Source: an uncultured Chlamydiae bacterium (GTDB lineage Bacteria > Chlamydiota > Chlamydiia > Chlamydiales > SM23-39). Taken from it: 64,000 nt of DNA. A program made the translations under genes and the position numbers. Under the pieces are notes generated by a model. That model did not search any database. It was not told the origin of the DNA and saw only the letters and a program-made list of their open reading frames with translations. Of the stretch, positions 41,887-51,891 are shown in pieces (positions within the stretch are counted from its first letter, which is position 1; each line of letters starts with the position of its first letter). The DNA lies in contig CAVSSM010000002.1 of NCBI GenBank assembly GCA_963730605.1, forward strand, positions 320,001 to 384,000, read 5' to 3'.

Positions 41887-43197
41887 ATGGACAGCGCTTT
41901 TCAATTTTTTACGTGGATCAATAATCTCATCTGGGCTTATCTCGCTTTTCTTATGATCGTGGGGATGGGTTTTTATTTTTCAGTCCGCTCCCGCCTATTT
42001 CAAATCAGGCGATTCGGAGGCATCCTCCGGTCGTTTGCCGCCTTCATTACAGAAGCGTCCAGCCACCGACGGGGCATCCATCCTTTGAAAGCCTTTTTTG
42101 CAAGCGTCGGAGGATGTATCGGCATTGGGAATGTGGTCGGGATCTGCACGGCGATCGAAATCGGAGGCCCCGGCGCAATCTTCTGGGCGTGGATCGGAGG
42201 GCTTTGCGGAATGCTGCTCCAATATTCGGAAGTCTATTTGGGATTGAAGTACCGCGTGAAGAGCGAATCCAATAATTACGACGGAGGGCCGATGTACTAC
42301 CTGCCTGTCGCATATAAGAAGAGATGGATCGGGCCAGTCGCGAGCCTCATTTTGGCCATTTATGGCATCGAAATTTTCATGTTCAATGTCATGGCCGATA
42401 GCATGTCGGTCAATTGGCATATCGACCTTTGGATCATCGTCGTCCTTTTGTGCTTTGCGACGTTTGCCGTTGCGATCGGAGGAATCAAGAGGGTCGGGGA
42501 AGTCTGCAGCGCCATCATTCCCTTCTTCATCCTCGTCTATTTCGGGATGTGCGTATGGGTGCTGGCTATCCATTATTCCGAATTGCCGCGCGTGATGCTC
42601 GAGATCTTTTCTGGCGCCTTTACCGCACAAGCTGCCCAGGGCGGATTTGCAGGAAGCACCGTGATGTTGGCCGTCTCGATGGGCTTATCAAGAGGGGCCT
42701 ATTCAGGAGACATCGGCGTGGGGTACACATCAATCATCTATGCCGAAAGCCGGACAAAGCAGTTCCAGCGCCTCTCCTCTCTTGCCATCTTCGGCCTTTT
42801 TCTCGACACGTTCGTCGTTTGCACCTTGAGCGTCCTCGTCGTCTTAACGACCGGCCTTTGGAAATCGGGCATCGACGTCACCCTGATGGTTCAAGAATCG
42901 CTTGCTCTCCACTTTCCCTACATGAACTATTTTATGCCCTTTTTCCTTTTTCTCCTTGGGCTTACGACGATTCTGGCCTACTTCGTCGTAGGGGTCAAAT
43001 GCGCAAAGTTCCTCTCGCCCAAATGGGGGCCGGTTGTCTACTATTGCTATGCCGCCATTTCGCTTCCGCTTTTTGCTTTCACGAAGCCGAACCATGCGTT
43101 CACGATCATGTCGCTCTCTGGCGCTTTGCTTCTTCTTCTCAACCTTTACGGAATCTTTCGGCTGCGTAAAGAAGTTGTGTTCGGGCTCGACGGGTGA
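41887..43197 (+). CDS. alsT: Alanine/glycine:cation symporter (AGCS family)
   Basis: IGIGNVVGI..IEIGGPGAIFWAW, GGPMYY, GGIKRVG, FLDTFVVCT; upstream ORF extension is MITE sequence. Confidence 0.9.
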   Translation: MDSAFQFFTWINNLIWAYLAFLMIVGMGFYFSVRSRLFQIRRFGGILRSFAAFITEASSHRRGIHPLKAFFASVGGCIGIGNVVGICTAIEIGGPGAIFWAWIGGLCGMLLQYSEVYLGLKYRVKSESNNYDGGPMYYLPVAYKKRWIGPVASLILAIYGIEIFMFNVMADSMSVNWHIDLWIIVVLLCFATFAVAIGGIKRVGEVCSAIIPFFILVYFGMCVWVLAIHYSELPRVMLEIFSGAFTAQAAQGGFAGSTVMLAVSMGLSRGAYSGDIGVGYTSIIYAESRTKQFQRLSSLAIFGLFLDTFVVCTLSVLVVLTTGLWKSGIDVTLMVQESLALHFPYMNYFMPFFLFLLGLTTILAYFVVGVKCAKFLSPKWGPVVYYCYAAISLPLFAFTKPNHAFTIMSLSGALLLLLNLYGIFRLRKEVVFGLDG

Positions 43198-43209
43198 TAA
43201 GAAAGAATA

Positions 43210-43605
43210 TTATTTCTTCTTTTGAGATGACACGAAAAACAAAATCGAGCCGACGAGGGCAAATCCTGCCGCGCTTAAATCGGGAAAAGTAATCCAGCCG
43301 AAAAGGGAAAAAATGGGTTTGGCACATTCTCTGCCGCAGATCTGTAAAGAAGGGAAGTGGATGCCGATGGCTTGGAGAAGCGCCACGATCATCCCAAACG
43401 CGCAAAGGGGAATGGCGTAGCCGATCACAGTTCGGTCGTTCCGGTAGGTGCCGACCCCCAGGAGAAGGGCAAGCGGGAAAAGAGCCATCCGCTGATACCA
43501 ACACATGCGGCAAGGCTCGATCATCAGAATCTCTCCGTAGTATAAACTCACCGCGCATCCAAGCAAGACGATGAGCCAGCAAAAATAGAGGAGATTTTTT
43601 TTCAT
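43210..43605 (-). CDS. dsbB: Disulfide bond formation protein DsbB/BdbC
   Basis: EPCRMCWYQR motif, four TM helices. Confidence 0.92.
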   Translation of the reverse strand: MKKNLLYFCWLIVLLGCAVSLYYGEILMIEPCRMCWYQRMALFPLALLLGVGTYRNDRTVIGYAIPLCAFGMIVALLQAIGIHFPSLQICGRECAKPIFSLFGWITFPDLSAAGFALVGSILFFVSSQKKK

Positions 43606-44255
43606 GGACGATCCGCTTTAAGATCCTTCTCGATCTGCAAGGAGATGCTTTCAAAAGAGATATCGGGCATTGGATGGCCATTGATGAAAACAGCCGGGGT
43701 GCGAAGGCTTTTCTTCATCGCTTTTTTCGCCATTTGGTAATTGTGGGCAAGCTCGGTATCATACCGCCTCGTTTTTACGCTGCTCTCAAATTCCTCCAAG
43801 TCGATGGCTTCGAACTTCGCTGCCGCATCGACTAAATCTTTGAATTCCAGGGTTCCATTTGCAAACAAGAGAAAGAGTTCGTGGACGTAAGGAAAGTACA
43901 CTGCAGGCGCTTGATGGTAAACCGCGAGGGCGGCATTGGCAATTTCTTTAGAATGAGACGAAGTGGCAAGAGGCACCATCACATATTTTACGATCCCCCG
44001 ATCGACGTAGGTGGTCTGGATGGCAGGAAATACTTCCATGCTAAAATACCGGCAGGTATGGCAGAGGAAATCCTCGAACACGACCAGTTCGATTTTGGCA
44101 TTTTCAAATCCGATCGAAGGATACCCGTCCCCAATGATGACGAAAGGCCTCCGGTCGAAGACGGCCCTATAAATACTTAAAGCTCCTAAACAGGCGCCGA
44201 AAGCGGCCAATGTGGAGAGGACGAGAAACTTTCTTCTCTTCATGAAAGCATACAT
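43602..44255 (-). CDS. dsbA: DsbA-family thiol-disulfide oxidoreductase
   Basis: FEDFLCHTC and TPAVFING; N-terminal anchor; upstream of dsbB. Confidence 0.85.
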   Translation of the reverse strand: MYAFMKRRKFLVLSTLAAFGACLGALSIYRAVFDRRPFVIIGDGYPSIGFENAKIELVVFEDFLCHTCRYFSMEVFPAIQTTYVDRGIVKYVMVPLATSSHSKEIANAALAVYHQAPAVYFPYVHELFLLFANGTLEFKDLVDAAAKFEAIDLEEFESSVKTRRYDTELAHNYQMAKKAMKKSLRTPAVFINGHPMPDISFESISLQIEKDLKADRP

Positions 44256-44283
44256 ATACTTTCACGGGATTTCTAAGCCACTA

Positions 44284-44557
44284 TACCGAGAGGGATTCAA
44301 AAATCGGAATATGGCAAGGCTGCAGACACTTGAAAAAGCTCGGGGGGTTCGAGCTTTTTCAAGGGAAACAGCCCTGAATTTGAGCCAGGCATTGCCGGCG
44401 CCGGGTCCGGGGTCCCCGAAGACGCAACGTCTTTGGGGTGGGGTGCAGGCGGGACACAAATTCAGTGGCTGCCCGACGCCGCCACCGGGGTCCCCCAAAA
44501 ACGCATCGTTTTGGGGGTGGGGCGCCGCCAGAACCGATTTTTGAATCACGAGTGGTA
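44284..44557. mobile_element. IS630-type MITE, 274 bp, with two palindromic modules, inserted into the 3' end of tyrP
   Basis: Ends TACCGAGAGGGATTCAAAAAT / ATTTTTGAATCACGAGTGGTA match the IS630 TIR; TA at 44282-44283 and 44558-44559. Confidence 0.92.
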
Positions 44558-45730
44558 TAATCCCGCCCACTCGACGCCGAGTTCCAAAATAACGAGAAGG
44601 AAAAGGATAAAAAGAACCCCCCTCCCTCCTCCGAGCTGCAACTTCCCGGAGAGCGGCCGTATTTGGGTATAACGGGCGGAGTAAGACATCAAGATGGGAA
44701 GCAGCACGAGCAAAAGCGAACATCCGATGCCGCCCGCCATCGAAAGGGCCGTAAGAAAGAGGGAAGGATAGATCAAAGCGATGACGGCGGGCGGAGCAAA
44801 AGTCAAAACGGCCAGCAGCAAGCGAGCCCCCCCTTTTTTGGGCCTTTTGAGGCCGTCGGCCAAAAAGTCGAAGAGGCCCAATGTGATGCCTAAAAACGAG
44901 GTTGCGATCGCAAAAAAGGCAAATACTTGCCCGATGGAAGAAATGGCATCTTGGCCGATGCGGGCGCTTAAAGGCGCAACTGCGGTGAAGCCGAATCTCT
45001 TTGCCATTCCGAGCCCCTGCTCCCCTTCAAGGGGAATTGTCCCGAGGATGAGAAATTCCCAGAGCAAATAGATGAGAAAAGCGGCGCTCGTCCCCCCGAT
45101 GATGGAGATTCGGACAAGCTTCGCGTCCCGCTTCAGATAGGCAGTCAAAGTGGGGATAATGCCCTGATAGCTGAAAGAGGTGAAAATCACCGGGATCGCA
45201 AGCCACGATTTCCCCCAGTCGGCTCTTTGCAAAGGGGCCAAGCGGACATGAGGCAGGCAAAAAACGACAAAAGCCACATAGGACAAAATGAGGCCGGCCA
45301 TTAAAACCGAATTGACTTTGTCGACCGCTTTTGCGCCAAAGTAGACGATGGGGGAGAGCAAAGCGAGAAAAAGAAGGACGCCTCCCCAAGGCGGCAAGGC
45401 GCCGCTCGCCCCACGGATGATGCCGCCGCCTCCGGCGAGGTAGGCGACGCTCAGGCAATAAAAAAGGAAAAGATAAAGAACCCAAGCGAAAATTTTCCCG
45501 CCTCGTCCCAAATAAGCGCCGGCCATGGTGATGAGATTGGCTTCTGGGGGCATCTCAAGGCAGATCTCGAGCATGAGGAGGCCTGTGCACGTCATGACTC
45601 CCCAGCAAAGAAGGTAAGTGAAAAAGGAAGGGAGAAAACCCGCTTCGGCGGTCACTACGGGCAACGCCAGCATGCCGGCCCCGATAGCGGTGCCCGTTAC
45701 TAGGAGGATGCCGCTCATGAGCTGTTTCAT
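44546..45730 (-). CDS. tyrP: Aromatic amino acid (tyrosine) permease, HAAAP family
   Basis: LVTGTAIGAGMLALP, FTSFSYQGIIP, AIATSFLG. Confidence 0.9.
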   Translation of the reverse strand: MKQLMSGILLVTGTAIGAGMLALPVVTAEAGFLPSFFTYLLCWGVMTCTGLLMLEICLEMPPEANLITMAGAYLGRGGKIFAWVLYLFLFYCLSVAYLAGGGGIIRGASGALPPWGGVLLFLALLSPIVYFGAKAVDKVNSVLMAGLILSYVAFVVFCLPHVRLAPLQRADWGKSWLAIPVIFTSFSYQGIIPTLTAYLKRDAKLVRISIIGGTSAAFLIYLLWEFLILGTIPLEGEQGLGMAKRFGFTAVAPLSARIGQDAISSIGQVFAFFAIATSFLGITLGLFDFLADGLKRPKKGGARLLLAVLTFAPPAVIALIYPSLFLTALSMAGGIGCSLLLVLLPILMSYSARYTQIRPLSGKLQLGGGRGVLFILFLLVILELGVEWAGLYHS

Positions 45731-45829
45731 AGGTGAAAAGTGTAAAGGAGGCTCGATTTAAAGGGAATTGAGAATTGACTTTTACGAGAGGGTGGACTAC
45801 TCTCTAGAATCAGCTTTATCGAAGAATTC

Positions 45830-47104
45830 GTGGATCCGAAAGTCTATACTGCCGAGCAGCATAAAATTCCTTCCGAAAAAGTCGACCAGCAGGCTTCTTA
45901 CGTCATTGAAAAATTGCGGCAGGCGGGCCATAAGGCATATCTTGTCGGAGGTGGGGTGCGCGATCTTCTTTTGAACGTCCGCCCGAAAGATTTCGACGTC
46001 TCGACCTCCGCTAGCCCCGAGGAGATCCGCAGCCTTTTTCGCAGCGCCATCCTCATTGGCCGCCGTTTTCGCCTCGCCCATGTCCGGTTCGGGAAAAAAG
46101 TGATTGAAGTCTCCACCTTCCGCGCGGGCGATATCGAATCTGCCGAACTCATTGTCCGGGACAATCAATGGGGATCTGAGGAAGAAGACGTGCTGAGGCG
46201 CGATTTCACGATCAATGGCCTTTTCTACGATCCCCATAAAGAAATCGTGATCGATTATGTGGACGGCTATCCGGACATTGAAAAAAGAGTTTTGAGGACG
46301 ATCGGGCAGCCGGAAGCCCGTTTCAGCCAAGATCCTGTCAGGATGATCCGGCTCGTCAAATTCTCAGCCCGTTTCAATTTCGAGATCGACCGGCCCACTT
46401 TCGAAGCGCTTTTGTCTTGCAGAAGGGAGATTATCAAAAGTTCATCGGCCCGCGTCTTTGAAGAGCTGCTTCGCATGCTGGAATCGGGGGCTTCCAAACC
46501 GTTTTTCCATCTCCTCCAAGAATACGGCCTTCTCGCGCCGCTTCTCCCCGAACTTGCCTACTTTTTGGGAAATAAAGAAGATAACGATTTAACTCTCAAA
46601 TTCCTAAGCGAAATCGATGCGGAGATCCAAAAAGGCGAAGGGCTGTCTCCCGATCGAGCGATTCTCGCTGCCGCCCTCGTCTTCCCGCTCTTTGACCGGT
46701 ATTTACGCGAAAGAGCCAAGACGGAAGAGCTCCCTCTTCATTTGGGTCAAATCGGCACGGCGGCCTTTCATGTTATCGACTGTATTTTTTCCCCATTTTT
46801 CAAAATCCCTCGAAGGCTCAGGGCCGTGATGGCGTTCATCTTGACCTCCCAATACCGTTTCATCCCTCTCGATGGGAAAGAGGTCCGACTCCCTCGCCTT
46901 CCCAACGATTCGCTCACCCCGCTGGCTCTCCAACTTTTGAAAATCCGGTCCGCCGTCCAGCCAGAAATTCTTCCTCAATACACTCTTTGGACGGAAGCGG
47001 CCTTCCGCGCTTCCGCGGAAGGTCCGCCAAGAGACGCTGCGGAAGAGGGCGTTAGGCCGCCTCTCCGCCGGCGGCGCCGAAGATCCAGAAGAAGAGGGCC
47101 GTGA
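45830..47104 (+). CDS. pcnB: Poly(A) polymerase I
   Basis: VGGGVRD..PKDFD, PAP signature LIGRRFRLAHV, RRDFTIN. Confidence 0.92.
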   Translation: MDPKVYTAEQHKIPSEKVDQQASYVIEKLRQAGHKAYLVGGGVRDLLLNVRPKDFDVSTSASPEEIRSLFRSAILIGRRFRLAHVRFGKKVIEVSTFRAGDIESAELIVRDNQWGSEEEDVLRRDFTINGLFYDPHKEIVIDYVDGYPDIEKRVLRTIGQPEARFSQDPVRMIRLVKFSARFNFEIDRPTFEALLSCRREIIKSSSARVFEELLRMLESGASKPFFHLLQEYGLLAPLLPELAYFLGNKEDNDLTLKFLSEIDAEIQKGEGLSPDRAILAAALVFPLFDRYLRERAKTEELPLHLGQIGTAAFHVIDCIFSPFFKIPRRLRAVMAFILTSQYRFIPLDGKEVRLPRLPNDSLTPLALQLLKIRSAVQPEILPQYTLWTEAAFRASAEGPPRDAAEEGVRPPLRRRRRRSRRRGP

Positions 47105-47865
47105 TCAACAAAATCGTGAGCCTAGCAGTGACTCCCGACCTCCCCTTGTTTCATTTCGGGCCTCCGCTCGACCATGGACCGCTCCCCTCCTTTTTTTACT
47201 TTGCCCTTTCCGGCCCCGATTCCTTATGTCTCGACCCCTTTAACCAACCTGTCCAATTTCTCCAGGGAAAAATGATCCGGGTTTTTTCTATGACCCTCCC
47301 GGGCCATGAAGCGAACCTTCCAGCGGAAAACGCCATCCTGCTTTGGGCTGAGGATATAGCTCGGGGGATGGACCCGATCGGTTCTTTTCTTGACAATACC
47401 GCCGCTGCCGTCGACTTCGCCATCCGCGAACGGTTCGCCGATCCAAAGAGGCTAGCCGTCGGAGGCCTTTCGCGGGGAGGATTTATCGCGGCGCATGTGG
47501 CCGCCCGCGATGTTAGGTTCCAGTTCCTTCTCGGTTTTGCTCCCTTAACGCGCCTCTCCACCCTCAAAGAATTTGCCTCGATGCGGGATCATCCTCTAAT
47601 CAAAGACCTCGATCTTGAAAATTTGAGCCCTTCTTTGGCGAAGCTTCATAGCCGGTTCTACATCGGCAACCGCGACACTCGGGTAGGGACCCGAGCCTGT
47701 TTTGACTTCGCGATGTCGCTTGTTGAGGCGGCTCATGCCCATAAAATCCGCACCCCGCAAGTCGAATGTTTCATCACCCCGTCGATGGGCCGAGACGGCC
47801 ATGGGACCTCACCGGAAGTATTCCAAGACGGAGCCGCTTGGGTGGCCAAATGCCTACAGCGGTGA
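47101..47865 (+). CDS. Alpha/beta hydrolase
   Basis: GLSRGG nucleophile elbow, Asp (NRDTRV) and His (GHGT). Confidence 0.8.
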   Translation: MINKIVSLAVTPDLPLFHFGPPLDHGPLPSFFYFALSGPDSLCLDPFNQPVQFLQGKMIRVFSMTLPGHEANLPAENAILLWAEDIARGMDPIGSFLDNTAAAVDFAIRERFADPKRLAVGGLSRGGFIAAHVAARDVRFQFLLGFAPLTRLSTLKEFASMRDHPLIKDLDLENLSPSLAKLHSRFYIGNRDTRVGTRACFDFAMSLVEAAHAHKIRTPQVECFITPSMGRDGHGTSPEVFQDGAAWVAKCLQR

Positions 47866-48980
47866 CAGGCGCTGGGGTAGACCTCTTTATTTTAGCGGCG
47901 GAGCCGAGCGGTGATTTGCATGGGGCAAAACTCATCGAAGAGCTCTTGAAGCTTCGTCCAGATCTCCAAATCGCCGCCGTCGCAGGGCCAAGAATGCGCC
48001 GTCTTCCCATCCAAACCCTTTTTCCCATGGAAAGCCTCCAAGTCATGGGCTTCATCGACGTAGCCGTAGCCCTGCCTAGGATTGTGAAACAGTTCTTCGC
48101 CATCCGCCGCAAGATCTTACTGCTAAAACCCAAGGCGGTTCTCTTCATCGATTATCCTGGTTTCAACCTAAGGCTCTCACGGTCGCTGAAGAAAAAAAAT
48201 AACATGTGCCGTCTGATTCATTATATCTGCCCGACCGTCTGGGCGTGGGGGAAGAAGAGGATCCCTCGCATGGCCGAGACGCTCGATCTTCTCCTCGTCC
48301 TTTTTCCCTTCGAAAAAAAGTGTTTCTCATCGACCCCTCTTCGCGTCGAATATGTGGGACACCCTCTTGCCGTGCAAATCCCGCCATTCCCAAGGACACC
48401 TCAGCCGATGCTGGCCCTATTTCCGGGCAGCCGCGAGATCGAGATCGTCCGCAATTTTCCCCTGCAGCTTGCCGCTGCAAAGAAACTTTTAGGAAAAGAT
48501 CCTGGACTCCAGATCGCCGTATCGGTGGCCGAAAGCGCCTTTCTTCCTCTCATCCGTTCGATTGCAAGAGCAACTCCTCTCCAATATTTCCCCGGCGAGA
48601 AGAACTACGAATGGATGAGATCGGCCAAGCTCGCCATCGCAACCTCCGGGACTGTGACCCTCGAATTAGCCCTCCATGAGGTCCCTACCGTCGTCAATTA
48701 CGCCATCCGTCCCCTGGATCTGTTTCTCGCTCAAAAAATTTTTCGAATTAACCTCCCCTTCTACTGCATAGTAAATATTATTTTATCTAAAGCCGCGTTC
48801 CCTGAACTCTTTGGCCCGAACCTCAATGAGAAAAATCTCGAGTTTTGGACGACAGAGCTTTGGTTCAATGATGCGGCGAGGGCCAAAGCGGCGGCAGGAT
48901 GCCAAGAGCTTCGCCAGGCGCTTGGGAACCAAGATGCCAGCCGGGAGGCGGCCCGCGCACTGATCTCTCTCGATTTTTAA
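47850..48980 (+). CDS. lpxB: Lipid-A-disaccharide synthase
   Basis: AEPSGDLHG, IDYPGFN, PTVWAW, VGHPL, PGSR, SGTVTLE. Confidence 0.96.
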   Translation: MPTAVTGAGVDLFILAAEPSGDLHGAKLIEELLKLRPDLQIAAVAGPRMRRLPIQTLFPMESLQVMGFIDVAVALPRIVKQFFAIRRKILLLKPKAVLFIDYPGFNLRLSRSLKKKNNMCRLIHYICPTVWAWGKKRIPRMAETLDLLLVLFPFEKKCFSSTPLRVEYVGHPLAVQIPPFPRTPQPMLALFPGSREIEIVRNFPLQLAAAKKLLGKDPGLQIAVSVAESAFLPLIRSIARATPLQYFPGEKNYEWMRSAKLAIATSGTVTLELALHEVPTVVNYAIRPLDLFLAQKIFRINLPFYCIVNIILSKAAFPELFGPNLNEKNLEFWTTELWFNDAARAKAAAGCQELRQALGNQDASREAARALISLDF

Positions 48981-49008
48981 CCGCTTCTTCTTGTATACTC
49001 CCTAGCTT

Positions 49009-49473
49009 ATGCAGGAGATGTTTAAAATTTGGGTCGACCGCCTCAAGGGTGGTCAAGTTCAAAAGATCGAGAGATCTTTTGATCCTTCCTTTCTTGAGAT
49101 TGATGAGAAGGAGCTCAAATTCCGTGTCCCGGTCCAGGTGGACGGAGAGGCCTATCTTGCCGATCAGCATTTGGTCATCCGCCTCAAGGCTCGGACAAAC
49201 GCGACCCTTCCTTGCGTGATCTGCAATAAAATGATGGATACGGAATTGAAAGTAGAAAATTTTTATCACGCGGTAGGCATCGAAGAGATCGCAAACGCCG
49301 TGTTCGATTTCGCTGCGCCGCTCCGAGAGGCTCTCCTCATCGAGCTGCCCAACTATTTTGAATGCCGCGAAGGCAATTGTCCTGAGCGCGAGAGCTTGGC
49401 GCCTTATTTGCGTTTGAGCCCAAAGACGGATGGGAAGAAAAACCTTCCCTTCGCTGACTTAGAAAAAAATTAG
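49009..49473 (+). CDS. yceD: YceD/DUF177 family protein
   Basis: CxxC (PCVICN), LREALLIELP, upstream of rpmF. Confidence 0.85.
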   Translation: MQEMFKIWVDRLKGGQVQKIERSFDPSFLEIDEKELKFRVPVQVDGEAYLADQHLVIRLKARTNATLPCVICNKMMDTELKVENFYHAVGIEEIANAVFDFAAPLREALLIELPNYFECREGNCPERESLAPYLRLSPKTDGKKNLPFADLEKN

Positions 49474-49488
49474 GAGAATGATCATACT

Positions 49489-49668
49489 ATGGCAGTCCCA
49501 CGCAACCGGGTATCGAATGCGAAAAAGAATTCGCGCCGAGCCCACCATGCAAAAACACCTAAAAACCTCTCGGCTTGTTCCAATTGCGGCAAGCAGCGCC
49601 TTCCTCACCGGATGTGTCCGTCTTGCGGCCATTATGGCACCCGAGGATCCGTGATGAGTGAAGCGTAA
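49489..49668 (+). CDS. rpmF: 50S ribosomal protein L32
   Basis: Manual translation MAVPRNRVSNAKKNSRRAHH...CSNCG..RLPHRMCPSCGHY. Confidence 0.97.
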   Translation: MAVPRNRVSNAKKNSRRAHHAKTPKNLSACSNCGKQRLPHRMCPSCGHYGTRGSVMSEA

Positions 49669-49673
49669 ACAAT

Positions 49674-50687
49674 TTGTCGGCTCGTAAACAATTTGTCGGC
49701 GTTGATTTGATGGGGAGCGACAATGTCCCGGCGGCACTCCTCTCTGCTGCGGCATCGCTTTCTCCATTTTTGCCGTCCCATATCGAACTCATCGCTATCG
49801 GCACTCCCGATTGCGAAAAAGAGGCAAGATCTCACGGTTTGCATTTTCAGGCGGCGCTCGAAGCGATTGGGATGGAAGAAAGTCCCCTCTTGGCACTCCG
49901 CAGGAAGAAGCAATCTTCCCTTTGCGTCGGTTTACGGCTCGTGAAAGAAGGGAAGCTCGATGCCTTCGTCTCCGCCGGCAATACGGGCGCTCTCGTCAGC
50001 GCATCAAAAATGATCCTCGGCACCTTCCGAGATATTTCGAGGCCGGCGCTCCTGGCCCTCATGCCGACCAAGAAGCGGCCCGTCGCAGTCCTTGACGTAG
50101 GAGCCAACCTCCAGGCGAAAGCATCCCAACTCGTTCAATTCGCGCATCTTGGCGCCGCCTATCAGAAAGCCCGGGGCATATCGGAGCCCAGAATTGGCAT
50201 CTTGAACATTGGCTCGGAAGCCTCGAAAGGGACCTCGGAGATCCGCCTCGCATATAAAGAGCTGTCAAAGCTGCCGGCGTTTGCAGGCAATATCGAAGGG
50301 AAATCGGTCTTTGACGGAGATGTCGACGTATTAGTGACCGACGGCTTCACCGGCAACATATTTTTGAAAACCGCCGAAGGGATCGCGAATCTGGTCCTTG
50401 ACCGGCTCCATGCCCGTATCCCGCCCTCCCCTCTCCCACCCCAAAGACGATGCGTCTTCGGGGACCCCGGTTCGGAAATCCAGGTCCATCTCGATGATCT
50501 GCAGCGGCATCTCCATTATGCCGAATACCCGGGCGCGCTCCTCTGCGGCGTCAAAGGGGCGGTCGTCAAATGCCATGGCTACTCGACACCGGAAGCCTTC
50601 GCGAACGGGATAAGAGGGGCTATCGAATTTGCCTCCGCCCATTTCATCACCATCCTCCAGAATCAACTGTATACCGAAAAAACCTGA
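49674..50687 (+). CDS. plsX: Phosphate acyltransferase PlsX (carries an in-frame 12-aa palindrome-derived insert)
   Basis: VDLMGSD, VSAGNTGA, RPAL, LDVGAN, LNIGSE..KG, VTDGFTGNI.LK, VKCHG. Confidence 0.96.
   Translation: MSARKQFVGVDLMGSDNVPAALLSAAASLSPFLPSHIELIAIGTPDCEKEARSHGLHFQAALEAIGMEESPLLALRRKKQSSLCVGLRLVKEGKLDAFVSAGNTGALVSASKMILGTFRDISRPALLALMPTKKRPVAVLDVGANLQAKASQLVQFAHLGAAYQKARGISEPRIGILNIGSEASKGTSEIRLAYKELSKLPAFAGNIEGKSVFDGDVDVLVTDGFTGNIFLKTAEGIANLVLDRLHARIPPSPLPPQRRCVFGDPGSEIQVHLDDLQRHLHYAEYPGALLCGVKGAVVKCHGYSTPEAFANGIRGAIEFASAHFITILQNQLYTEKT
50435..50470. repeat. 36-bp palindromic module inside the plsX coding sequence
   Basis: CCCACCCCAAAGACGATGCGTCTTCGGGGACCCCGG is the exact reverse complement of 41754-41789. 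Confidence 0.95.
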
Positions 50688-50800
50688 AGAGTAAACGCAG
50701 ATCCCGCTCTAAAGATTATTTTTTAACAACGCCTATTTTTCTTGCGAGTATTGCTGGAATCGTAGTAAAATCATTGCCAACCAAGGTTGCGAGGGTGGAA

Positions 50801-51697
50801 ATGCAAATAGATTTAAGCAATTCTAAATTAATAATGGATTTTCATCAAAAATATTGTGACAAAGATATTCTGAATAAAAGTCTTACGCCTAGGGTGCACG
50901 AATTTTTTTCGAAAGCATTTGATGTTATTATAGCTGGCAATTTTTCGAAATCCTGCACTCTTCCTAAGCCATTCATAGAACATCAGGACTGTACTGCTGA
51001 GTGTGTCAATCAAAACGTTGATGATTTTAAGCTAAAATTACATCAAACTGCTAATGCGCCATGCGATTTAACATTTCAGATAACAAGAAAGAAAGACATG
51101 TTCAGCATAAGGTGCAACCTTTATGAAGATCCTTATGTCTTTTCCTATAGTTCCAAACCCATTATAGGCAAAGGCTTTCGTACTGATGTTACTCTTCATG
51201 AAAACGAGCCGTTTTCTTGGAGTTCCTTATCATATTTATCAAAAAAAGATGAAGATGGAGTCGTAGGGGCAAGAAGCGGGAACTCTTCATTAGGATCATG
51301 CCTCAAAGACAATCTGACTCAATGTCAAGAGTCTCTATTGGACGCATTCAAGTCTTCACTAGCGGAGTTCAAACAAGATGCAATGGCTAATAATGAAGCT
51401 ACCCAGGATGAGCGCATCAAAATGCAAACTCCACCATCCCCTGGACCCCTTGATATAGATTCACAATCCAAACCTTCCTCCCCAAGTGTTCAAACAACTG
51501 GAACTGTCGGTCGACCATTTGCTCTCGTCCTTACAGGCATTGCTGGGAGTCTCGTCTTTGCAGGCCTTGCTGGGATTGGGGTGGGATTGGGCCTTCTATA
51601 TGCGAAACATAAATCGCACCGACAATCACAGAAAGATGCTTCTGTGGAGGCAAAGAAAAAGCCAAATCCCTCAAAAATTTTGCCCAGTTCTGCATAA
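50801..51697 (+). CDS. Hypothetical AT-rich protein with C-terminal TM anchor
   Basis: Likely start MQIDLSN; Pro/Ser linker, Gly-rich TM, basic tail. Confidence 0.7.
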   Translation: MQIDLSNSKLIMDFHQKYCDKDILNKSLTPRVHEFFSKAFDVIIAGNFSKSCTLPKPFIEHQDCTAECVNQNVDDFKLKLHQTANAPCDLTFQITRKKDMFSIRCNLYEDPYVFSYSSKPIIGKGFRTDVTLHENEPFSWSSLSYLSKKDEDGVVGARSGNSSLGSCLKDNLTQCQESLLDAFKSSLAEFKQDAMANNEATQDERIKMQTPPSPGPLDIDSQSKPSSPSVQTTGTVGRPFALVLTGIAGSLVFAGLAGIGVGLGLLYAKHKSHRQSQKDASVEAKKKPNPSKILPSSA

Positions 51698-51891
51698 TCC
51701 ATCGAATCGTTTTAGGGGAATGGGGGTAGTGAGCGCCTAAAAGGCCGAGAGATCTCCGCAGCCGTAGTCAGCCCCGGCGGTCTAAATGGCTAAAATTTTT
51801 AATGAGGCAGTCCCGCATTCCTCTATGGGGTTGCAAAAGAAGGAGGGTTAGTCTATCCTTAATGCAGTCGTGTGAAGGCGGATGCGGATTT

